The notes under the pieces were generated by a model. That model was not told where the DNA came from, did no database searches, and saw nothing but the letters and a program-made list of their open reading frames with translations. From contig CM097886.1 of NCBI GenBank assembly GCA_044892525.1, forward strand, positions 122,388,001-122,452,000: a DNA stretch of 64,000 bases, written 5' to 3'. The position numbers and the translations under genes are program-made. The stretch is from Schmidtea polychroa (Eukaryota). Of this stretch, positions 22,499 through 31,642 are shown piece by piece (the stretch's first letter is position 1; every line of letters begins with the position of its first letter).

Positions 22499-25400
22499 TC
22501 AATTTCTAAATCTGTCTAAAAATTTTGGTTTGTTCTTTTTCAGTTGTGTCCTTGTTGCTTCATCATACATTGTTTTCCGAAATCGTCTACCGACTTCCTC
22601 GTCAGTCCCTTTTATTTTTGTCAGTATTTTTATTAATCGTTTTATTCTGTGTATATCTTTAGAATGACCGTGCAACACCATTGTTTTTGCCAAAAATGGT
22701 AGAAAACCTACTATCAACTTCCAATTTACTTTCTTTTCTTTCTTATAGATATCAAAACACGCTAACATTTGAGTCAATATTACTCTGACAATCTGAATAA
22801 TTAAGATGATTCCCAATATTCCTGCCATCATTTGACCGAACACTAGAAATCTTCCCCACATTGCTTTCATCATGTTTGACGTGGCTTGTTGAAAATGATC
22901 GGGTGACAATAATAGTTCGTAATTGGGACCTGATTGGAAATTCGTTCCCCCAGTTATGGTAACCATATTTGATAGAATGGATTCTCGCCTTGCTGGGAAT
23001 AGTACGTTTAGTCGTGCCGTTTCTAAATCCTCTGCTGAGTACATACCTGCTTTTGACACATCAATTGGTTTGAAATCTTGCTCCGTTGCGAGTTCTATTA
23101 ATCCAAACTTTTTAGGCTCTTGTACTTCGGTTTTTACCGGTAACATTATCCATTTCCCATCGGGTTTTTCATATAACGGTCCGTATGCATTTGAACAGTT
23201 GAAGGTGTTCGGATAAAATCCAATTGGGTTCATAATTCTAGTGACGGGTTGAACGAATCTGTTTTGCCCTTTGTAACTAATTTCCAACTCGTTTGCGCAT
23301 TTCCCTGGTGGTATTGTGGGTTTTCTTGGCAGTCGCGCAAACGTCTTGGTACATGCATATGTATACATTACCTCTCCCACCATTCTACCAAAATGTCCAT
23401 CCGGTAACGGGAGTGATGGCATTGTGTTATCTGGGTGTGTTATTGCGATGGCTAATTTTGTTTTTAGTATCTCTTTATTCAATGAACAGTCATTTTGTAT
23501 AAGATCGTAGTATACTTTTTGCATTGTCGTTTGTCCTCGATGAAATAAAAAGTCCATTTTGTTGTTGGCATAAAGGTACAACTTCACGTCCTCCGTTGAT
23601 ACTTTTCCTACTGCTCGGTCTATTACTTGCCTTGACATGTAGATACCTGCGTAGTTCGTCCGATATACTATGCTGTCACATTTGGTGGTCTCTTTTTCTC
23701 TGATGAATCTCATACCGATATCTGGATCATCTGTAATTAATGCCGTTGGTGTTTTTTGTGTTGTGAGTCTCTTTTCTTTGGGGGATGGTGGAACTGGTTT
23801 CCCATTTCGCATCCTTACGTTTCCATTCTCTTCATCGTCATCTTCGTTTTCGTAAATTTCTCCTTTTACTTCATTGAATAGAGCACTTTTTAACAATTGG
23901 AGTCGGCATTTTTGGGTGTTAGCTTCATATATTATAGTCGAAATTCCCGTTCTACACACGTTTTCCGTAGCTCTGCATGCTGGGTTGGTTTTCATTTGAT
24001 AGTTGTTTGCGTCGAATTGTGCTTCGTATTCCTTCAACTCCAATGTGTAGGACTCAATTACTACTACTCCCGAGATCACTTCTCCTCTGATCGTATATGT
24101 GCCTCCGTTACATGATCCATCAGTTGATTTTACTCGTCCGGCTACATAGATACTTTCCGTCTTGATCATTCCGCTTTGTCCGTGTATTGTTACTCCATCC
24201 CTGATTCTCATCGCTCCGGTTCTAAAAAGCTCTTTACAGTCTTCCCGTTGTATAGGTACTATTTCTTTATCTAATCCAGGTAATATGAGGGTTGAATATG
24301 AGTATTGTCCACAGTAGTATGCCAACACTTTCTTCGATACTACGCATTCTCTAGCTTGCGTCCTAATGAAATCTGATTCTTGGTATACGTGATAGGAGAC
24401 TTTCTTTTTTACTATATCTAATTTATTCGGAGATGCCTGTCTACATTCCTCTATATCTCTCAGGGAGTATCTTTCTCCTATTATTGAATTGTCACAGTCG
24501 TAAATTGTAAATCCAGCTGCTCCACTGGTGCAGAGCATCCATATCATCATGGTCATCATTAGTGAATTAATCGACGCTTTTCTGCTGGCTGGGTCTTTCA
24601 ATGGCAATTCCCATTCCAGTTCGTTTAGCAATTTCTTCAACCGAATTTGCATCGATCTCTCTTGCTCGTTTTTTCGTGGCGCTTGTATGAGTCTTTTCCA
24701 CCCACCGGCACGGATAATATGTGGTTCGATTGTATTTTCAATGATTGTAACGGTCATTTCTACATGATTTGCGAATTGTTTGTTAGGTATTTTCCTTGCT
24801 GCTAATCCCATCAAATTGTACATTAGATACGTTAATACTACTAAATGATGTTCGTCGTCGTTTGCGTTTAAAGTTAATTGTTCAATTACCCTTCTTGTCT
24901 CTTCCCAATCGGTTTTAGTGGTTTTTGTCTTCTCTTTGATTAATTTCGGAATTATTCCGGATATTGTGTTCCATAGCTGTCTGGCATCTACGCTTGCTAC
25001 TTTTCGTTGCCATAACCGTCTCAATTGCGGGTTTGTTATTATTAACATATCCTTTACTAGCTCTCGTATCCATTTTTCACCTCTCTCGATTGTTGGTTGA
25101 GCCTCTTTTAGATCCCATACTATTTTATCCAATTTCTCTAATCTGACTTGTCCTTGTTCCTGTTTCAACTGTTCTCTGGTTTTAAATTCTGGTTTTTCTC
25201 CTTGCTTCTTGGGTCTTCCTTTTGCCCGTTTCTCCATCATTGTTCCAGCTTCTCTTGTCGTTTCATAATTCGGGTTTCTCTCGTTATCTGTTCTTGGCAA
25301 TGAGCTATCGTTGTTTCTCAGCCACTCATTCCATTCGTCTATTATTTTGTCCGTTTGACCTTCTGGTGTTGGTTTCGTCGGTCCTTTTGGTCGTTGGAAT

Positions 25401-27397
25401 TGTTCGTCGGTTTCGGTTTCTGTTGTATTATCGATAATTTCCTCTATGTTCAGCTTATTTGGTTGTTGATAGCTAGTTGACGGTTGGCTTGTTGTCCATA
25501 TTTCGGCTCCTGTCGGCCATCTTACCAGAATTGGTGATCTTTCTCCAGCTCCTTCATCGCTGTCTTCTAATATGATTTCCTCGATTTCCTCGGTTTCATT
25601 CGATTTACTCGCCACTTTGTTAGGGCTTGGTGTACTCAAGCTACCTTTCGTAGTTTTGCTGGATTTGCTCTTCCTTTTAATCGGTTTTCCCAATGTTTCT
25701 GCCATTGTCAATACATTGATCTCCCCCAATCTCATGGGTGTTATTCCGACATCTGCATTATCATCTAACGATTTTCCGAATAGTTGTAGGTGAAATGGAG
25801 TTTCGTATGCTAACTTCTTTTTTAACTCTCTGATCTTTGTTGTTGGATGTACTTTTATATCCTCAATGCTTTTGTCGGGATACTTGACTCGGATACGATA
25901 CCTTTCCTGGGTATCTTGTGCCCATTCTTGGTTTCTCCATTTCCTAATAATTTGTTCTAGCTGTTCTGGGTACCATTCGTTATATTGTCGGTATTCCTCA
26001 ATCGCTTTCGCCATTTCTCTTAGATTGTGGATATTCTCTGATGTCTTTAGGATGATGTTAGCCAATGCTACTACTTGTCGTTTTTGATTTTTTGCTCCCG
26101 TTGCTAAGATATCACCTAATTGTTTATATCTTTCCTTCTCTTCTCGTTCTCGAGCTTCCATCGCTTCTTCGCTGTCCATATCGGCATATTCGCGTTCTTT
26201 CTTTCTCATCGCATGAATATGTCTGGTTTCCGTTTCACTTTCTGACGTAACATCCGTTTCGCTTTCGTCGTCCGATATCGATTCTATTTCGTCCTCTTCG
26301 TATTTTGGAGGTTCATCTTCCTCTTCCTCTGATTCACTTTCTGTCTCACCAATCTCTGTTTCTACGAAAATTCCTTTCCTGACTTCCCACTCTTTATTTT
26401 CCGCATTCCACATCCTTTCCCAGGGAGTTCGTCTGCAAGATCTAGTACTTAGTTTCTTTATTTTTCCTTGTAGTTCCTTTTCCTTTAACCACTGTTGATG
26501 AATTTCAATTATCTCTACTGATTTTTTGTATAGCGTTTTCATCCTGTCTCGTATTTCTTTCTGGTATGTTACATCTCTTGTTCGGAATTCGTCCATGGGC
26601 AATATTCTGATGATTTGATGATTATCCCACATTCCCATTTCACTTAACGAGGTATCGTCTTCGGCCCGTAATATTATTTTGTCGTACATCATGACTACGT
26701 CATCTATCATACCATCACTACTCTCGCTTCGTACCTTTTCCGTTATCTCTTGGTTTATCTTTGTTACTAAGTCATCCACCGTACTCTGATTACTCATCTT
26801 TATTCGTCGTTTCTCCTCGTTTGGTAACCATATGGTTATTTCTAACTTCTGCGGTTGCGTTTCTTTTAATCTTCCATATTTGTGGATCAAATTTATGGTT
26901 CTCCAATCGCTCATCCTGAGCAATTCTGTATCTCGTAATCGGCTCATTAGTTCATGCATATCTGGAGTTCGTCTTGCTATGAGTAAATCCCAGTTATCTT
27001 CGACTTGTTCTTGAATTTGTTTGATTAGTTTATCTAGATTCCGCCTTAAAGTGCATTGTTTTATTTGTTCCAATTTCAGCTTGATATTGAAATCGTATTC
27101 AGCCTTGGCGTCTTTAGCCCATTCATGAACATTAGTTGGTTGCTTCTCTTTATGCAACTTCAATATTTGAGTTTCTCCTGGCCAGATCAATGCATCTATT
27201 AGGTGCATGTCTGGCTTAATTTGTTCTCCTTGGTATTGATATAAATACTCTTTCTTTCTCGAGCTGCCCAAATGTTCTCTTATCCAATCGAAAAGATCGT
27301 CTGTAACTGTATTTTTTATCCATATTCTCTCGAGTCCTTTACTCGTTCCGATTTTTATTACGTAGCGTGTTGTCTCCGCTTGTTTCATTTTTTCCAT
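22499..27397 (-). CDS. env: 1632-aa ORF: N-terminal accessory region (3 ubiquitin-like domains, Bcl-2-like domain), then signal peptide and chuvirus-like envelope glycoprotein with C-terminal TM
   Basis: Hydrophobic leader ending ...SGAAG|FTIYDC (mature start 24511). Cys pattern YDC...YSL.D..EC, YYCG..S, C..L..TG, AG....DG.C.GG.Y, VVV..Y.L resembles chuviral G. TM WGRFLVFGQMMAGILGIILIIQIV. BH2-like IEPHIIRAGGWKRLI at aa 890-904. Confidence 0.82.
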   Translation of the reverse strand: MEKMKQAETTRYVIKIGTSKGLERIWIKNTVTDDLFDWIREHLGSSRKKEYLYQYQGEQIKPDMHLIDALIWPGETQILKLHKEKQPTNVHEWAKDAKAEYDFNIKLKLEQIKQCTLRRNLDKLIKQIQEQVEDNWDLLIARRTPDMHELMSRLRDTELLRMSDWRTINLIHKYGRLKETQPQKLEITIWLPNEEKRRIKMSNQSTVDDLVTKINQEITEKVRSESSDGMIDDVVMMYDKIILRAEDDTSLSEMGMWDNHQIIRILPMDEFRTRDVTYQKEIRDRMKTLYKKSVEIIEIHQQWLKEKELQGKIKKLSTRSCRRTPWERMWNAENKEWEVRKGIFVETEIGETESESEEEEDEPPKYEEDEIESISDDESETDVTSESETETRHIHAMRKKEREYADMDSEEAMEAREREEKERYKQLGDILATGAKNQKRQVVALANIILKTSENIHNLREMAKAIEEYRQYNEWYPEQLEQIIRKWRNQEWAQDTQERYRIRVKYPDKSIEDIKVHPTTKIRELKKKLAYETPFHLQLFGKSLDDNADVGITPMRLGEINVLTMAETLGKPIKRKSKSSKTTKGSLSTPSPNKVASKSNETEEIEEIILEDSDEGAGERSPILVRWPTGAEIWTTSQPSTSYQQPNKLNIEEIIDNTTETETDEQFQRPKGPTKPTPEGQTDKIIDEWNEWLRNNDSSLPRTDNERNPNYETTREAGTMMEKRAKGRPKKQGEKPEFKTREQLKQEQGQVRLEKLDKIVWDLKEAQPTIERGEKWIRELVKDMLIITNPQLRRLWQRKVASVDARQLWNTISGIIPKLIKEKTKTTKTDWEETRRVIEQLTLNANDDEHHLVVLTYLMYNLMGLAARKIPNKQFANHVEMTVTIIENTIEPHIIRAGGWKRLIQAPRKNEQERSMQIRLKKLLNELEWELPLKDPASRKASINSLMMTMMIWMLCTSGAAGFTIYDCDNSIIGERYSLRDIEECRQASPNKLDIVKKKVSYHVYQESDFIRTQARECVVSKKVLAYYCGQYSYSTLILPGLDKEIVPIQREDCKELFRTGAMRIRDGVTIHGQSGMIKTESIYVAGRVKSTDGSCNGGTYTIRGEVISGVVVIESYTLELKEYEAQFDANNYQMKTNPACRATENVCRTGISTIIYEANTQKCRLQLLKSALFNEVKGEIYENEDDDEENGNVRMRNGKPVPPSPKEKRLTTQKTPTALITDDPDIGMRFIREKETTKCDSIVYRTNYAGIYMSRQVIDRAVGKVSTEDVKLYLYANNKMDFLFHRGQTTMQKVYYDLIQNDCSLNKEILKTKLAIAITHPDNTMPSLPLPDGHFGRMVGEVMYTYACTKTFARLPRKPTIPPGKCANELEISYKGQNRFVQPVTRIMNPIGFYPNTFNCSNAYGPLYEKPDGKWIMLPVKTEVQEPKKFGLIELATEQDFKPIDVSKAGMYSAEDLETARLNVLFPARRESILSNMVTITGGTNFQSGPNYELLLSPDHFQQATSNMMKAMWGRFLVFGQMMAGILGIILIIQIVRVILTQMLACFDIYKKEKKVNWKLIVGFLPFLAKTMVLHGHSKDIHRIKRLIKILTKIKGTDEEVGRRFRKTMYDEATRTQLKKNKPKFLDRFRN

Positions 27398-27442
27398 ATA
27401 CTTCTTTATTATCGCTTTCTCCTCGCTTGGTATTAAATCTTT

Positions 27443-29368
27443 TTAGTTTCTTTCCAGTTTCATTATCTTTTGTATGAAGCGTCTGTATGGTATGATGTCA
27501 ATGAAATCCTGGTTTCTTACCACCACTGGAAGTATTTCTTTTACTTGTTTTATCGCCTCTTCTTTTTCCTTTCTCAGTTTCATCTCGATATTCTCATCTT
27601 CACTTTCGCTTGCCACATCGCTTTCACTTTTCTCCTCATCTTCTCCGATCTTTTTCTTTAGTTGTTCGATATTTTCATTTAACTGTAATATTTCTCCACC
27701 AAGGCTACTCACATAATCCTCCTCGTCATCTGTTGACAATACCTTCTTTGTCGTCCTCATCATGTTAATTCGTAAGTTTCTCATTCTTGATACTTTCTTG
27801 AGCTTTTTATTCTCAAATATCGTTAATTCTTCCGATTCTAATTCTTGTACCATTTCATGGGTTAAATGACTAGTTTGTTTCTCGTTTCCGTCATTTATCG
27901 CTTCTGCTTCTGTTTTTGTTTTCTCATGTTCTCTTTCGATCTTATCTTTTATCTTTTTCCAAAATATTTTCTGGATTCTCTGATTTCCCTTTAGTGGTGT
28001 TGTTGGATTTTTCTTTTTATCTTCTGTAACCGTTTCTTTCGGCTTCTCTGGTTCGATCATAGGTACAACTCTTGGATTTTTACCATAATTGTAACAATAT
28101 TGCTCCTTTATCTCTTTTACCATTCTCATCATATTTATTCGTAATGGTTGTTCTTGTCGCTGCTGAATTCGCTCTCGTTTTATTCTCTCTTCCTCAGCTT
28201 GTAGTCTCTGCCATTCTTGTGCATGTTGTTGTACTTCATAATTGTTAAGATTTTCGGTGCTCCTCATCATGCGTATATTCTGAGTTTGTTGTGGTACTTG
28301 TTCTTGTCTCGGTCTCATCATTTGTTGCATCATCTGTTTCATTTGTGAAATTTCTTGCATCACGTTCATTTGCTTTCCTTCACTGGGGTTACTTTGTCGT
28401 TGCGGATTAGGTGCATAATTATTGTTTCGTTGTGGTGGTCGTTGTTGTTGGCCCCTTTCTCGGCAATCTCTTGAGATGTGACCCGGTTGACCACAGTTAA
28501 AACATCCTCTCAATTGACATATATTTTCCGTGTGTCCTCGTCGTCCACACCTATTGCAATTTGCGCTTCGGTAACAATCTCTATCCCAATGTCCTGGTTT
28601 ACCGCATGTTCGGCATTGTTTGTTATCGTTCGTATTTCGTCGATTATTAAAATTATTTCCATTGTTCGAGTTGTTGCGTTCACTGTTATTCCCGTTTGAT
28701 CGTCCTTGCGGTGGTTTGAAAATTTGATGCGCACCTGGTATAAACTGATTCATCTTCGGTTCATGATTGTTGTTATCTCCATTTTCTGTTTTCGCCGTAG
28801 CTGCTGCGATTCTTCCCTCCTCTTGCATGACATTCATTTGTGCCGGGAGGTGTTGATCGCATCTTGTGGCCCAATCTATGGCCTCTTCTAGTGTTTTACA
28901 CATCTGACATCCCACCGAGGCTCTTACCTCTTCCCGGCGTAGTCCTTCTATGAAATAACCAATTAAATTTTCCTCTGGCAGGTTTCCGTTCATGGCCTTC
29001 TTTGCCAATCTTCGCAATTCGCTTGCGTATAACGTTATTGATTCATTTGCTCTTTGTTTTCTACTCGCTAATTCTCCTAGGGCTTGATTTATTGGTTTGC
29101 TGGCCCCGAATGTTTTTCTCAAAAATGTTTTGATGTTTTCCCAATTGTCTAATTTCGTATTTCTTTCTTTTGCTTCTAGATACACTTCGAGTGCGCTATC
29201 GCACAAAAACAGAGGCATTCGTTTACTAATTGCTTCCGCTGTCCATCCGCACACATCGATATAGACTTCAAAATTTGTTATGAACGTTGCCAACTTGTTC
29301 GCATTCCCGTTAAACGGTTCGCCTCTAAATTTTTCTTTATACTCGTCGGTTTTTACCACATTCATCAT
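27443..29368 (-). CDS. gag: Gag: retrotransposon capsid domain, three CCHC zinc knuckles, long Q/K/E-rich extension (641 aa)
   Basis: Capsid-like FITNFE...WENIKTFLRKTF...Q..NESITLY..ELRRLA...FIEGL; knuckles CRTCGKPGHWDRDC, CNRCGRRGHTENIC, CFNCGQPGHISRDC. Confidence 0.92.
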   Translation of the reverse strand: MMNVVKTDEYKEKFRGEPFNGNANKLATFITNFEVYIDVCGWTAEAISKRMPLFLCDSALEVYLEAKERNTKLDNWENIKTFLRKTFGASKPINQALGELASRKQRANESITLYASELRRLAKKAMNGNLPEENLIGYFIEGLRREEVRASVGCQMCKTLEEAIDWATRCDQHLPAQMNVMQEEGRIAAATAKTENGDNNNHEPKMNQFIPGAHQIFKPPQGRSNGNNSERNNSNNGNNFNNRRNTNDNKQCRTCGKPGHWDRDCYRSANCNRCGRRGHTENICQLRGCFNCGQPGHISRDCRERGQQQRPPQRNNNYAPNPQRQSNPSEGKQMNVMQEISQMKQMMQQMMRPRQEQVPQQTQNIRMMRSTENLNNYEVQQHAQEWQRLQAEEERIKRERIQQRQEQPLRINMMRMVKEIKEQYCYNYGKNPRVVPMIEPEKPKETVTEDKKKNPTTPLKGNQRIQKIFWKKIKDKIEREHEKTKTEAEAINDGNEKQTSHLTHEMVQELESEELTIFENKKLKKVSRMRNLRINMMRTTKKVLSTDDEEDYVSSLGGEILQLNENIEQLKKKIGEDEEKSESDVASESEDENIEMKLRKEKEEAIKQVKEILPVVVRNQDFIDIIPYRRFIQKIMKLERN

Positions 29369-30640
29369 GACTGGTTCTTGTAACTCTATTGTTTCTTTTA
29401 AATTTTCCAGCGGTGTCGCTAAATTATGGACGGATAATTCTTCTGTTGACCCGGTTACGTTGTTTGTTATATCGGATAGGCTTTCTCTGCTTCTAGATCG
29501 ACTAGGGGTGTATCCGAGGTTTTCTTGGTCAAATGTTGGTACTTGATTTGTTCTTTTTGCTCCTTGTGATCTTCCTCTTTGCTGTTTTATGGATCGTCCT
29601 CTTCTGAGCTGTTCTAGTTCGTCTCCTGAAATTAATACGTCTCTTGACTTACTTGAGGATCTGAGATTTAGTTTCTCCGTGATTTCTTCTTACGCCTCCT
29701 TATCGTCTCTTATGGATTTCTCGGCAATTATCGGCTGCTGACTTGAGCGAATTCGGTTTTGTCGGTGTTCCGAGTCCTTGGCAATTGGTTGTTAGCGTTA
29801 TGAGACGTCTTCCGTTCTTGGAATCTTCGGGTTGTGTTACTCCTACTGAGCGGGTTCTGGATTGGTTATTTCTAGTTGGTCGTTAATTTCTTCGAATTCC
29901 TTTGTGCAAGTTCTGGATTGGCTTGATTGACTGGATTGGTTTGGTATCTAAAATGAAAAAATGATCTCGTGTTGCATCTGCTCACACGACTTCATCATTC
30001 TTTCTTCAACATTCAAACACAGACACCGTTTAGGGCCTCTGTTATACTTCCCCTTATTTCCCCATACAATTTCTCGTGGATTATAGTTACCCATCAACCC
30101 ATAGTTTTCGTCGATTTTAAATTATCTATTTAGGGTAGTAATAATTATCTATATGGTCGTATGAATCATCTATAATTATCATTTATAATATCGATAGGTC
30201 GTTGTCAGTTACTGCTTATCACCCCCCCATATTCTCTTAATCCTTTTACGCGATTCCGCTATTTTACTTAATCTTTCGTCTCTGTTCCCCTTTACTCGGT
30301 TCTACTCTGAACCAAAAAAAAATCGGATTCGTTTATCCGGTTTAAACCAAAATTCTGTAGACTTTTGTCTACTTACTTGGGATCCCCTTTAATTAATTAA
30401 TTACCTTCCTTTTTACTCGTCATTTATTCCCACTTATTCTCTACTTTTACTATCTCCTCAATTCATTTTCCTTTTCTGATTCTCCTTTTCTACTAAAAGG
30501 GTTTTACTTTCATCTTCTACGAGCTCGTTTAATCCTTTCTAAATTCGACTTCTCGTATCCCAATTCAATTCGTTTCTAGCTAGCTTAATATTCTATCTCA
30601 TTATCAACTTAAATATTATCCAATCATTTTCTAGGCCTTT

Positions 30641-31070
30641 ACGACTGGCTGGCACTTTTCAACAGCTCAATCTTCTTCCTTCTGACCGGTTGGACTATTC
30701 GACAACTCGATCTTACGACTGGCTGGCACTATTCAACAGCTCAATCTTCTTCCTTCTGACCGGTTGGACTATTCGACAACTCGATCTTACGACTGGCTGG
30801 CACTATTCAACAGCTCAATCTTCTTCCTTCTGACCGGTTGGACTATTCGACAACTCGATCTTACGACTGGCTGGCACTATTCAACAGCTCAATCTTCTTC
30901 CTCTCCAAACTGGCTGGACTTTTCACAGCTCAGTTTTTAATTTTTTTTCCTGACCGGCTGGACTTCTCGACAGCTCGGCCTTAATATCTCCCGACTGGCT
31001 GGACTTTTCACAGCTCAGTTTCAATTTCCCTGGCCGGCGGGACTATTCAACAGCTCAGCCTTAATATCTT
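30641..31070. repeat. Tandem array in the 5' leader: 3.5 copies of a 74-bp unit (a dimer of ~37-bp subunits) plus 4 degenerate subunits
   Basis: acgactggct starts at 30641, 30715, 30789 and 30863. The core GACYGGYTGG(C)ACTWTTC(R)ACARCTC occurs 11 times. Confidence 0.95.
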
Positions 31071-31642
31071 CGACTCTGCATGCTTCTATCTTTTCTTTAC
31101 CTTTATTCTAGACTGTCATCTCTCCTTTTATTTTTACTTTTTATTTGTCGATCTAATCTGTGCCGCTTGAGAATGTTTCCCCTTTCCCCCCTTGCTCAAA
31201 ACGCAAAACGATCGCATTGATCCATTTCTACATTGGTATGGTGATCAGTCATACCGCAGAAACTTTTCAATATTCGCGATGGTACCTCGCCTTACATCTC
31301 TTACTCGGGGTGATCGGTTATCCCTTCCCAACCGGTTTTCGTGTATCGTACCTCCCGAAGGTGGCTCGGTTTATTCCCCCTTTACTCCTATGTTGGGACT
31401 AGCTCCACTTTATTTTATTTGTTCAAATTAAATTTATAGATGCTCTCTCTCTATGGTGAAAATTATCATAAAGTTACTGAATTCACAATAAAATGAACAC
31501 GCAAAACATTCTATTCATTAGTTGGCTTAAATCACATGCAATATACAAATTTACTAGAAAATTGTTGATACATCAATTAAACATAAAGGATTTAGTCAAA
31601 TCGTCAATCAGATCAATTCTTTCACCGAGTGCTGCTCGCGTG

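Noticed and set aside
15609-29546. Numerous plus-strand ORFs opposite gag/env/pol
   Set aside because: Shadows of the purine-rich minus-strand coding sequence; F/L/S/I-rich with no motifs.
30641-31070. CRISPR-like array
   Set aside because: The 'spacers' are themselves repeated (74-bp period), the context is eukaryotic and no cas genes are present.
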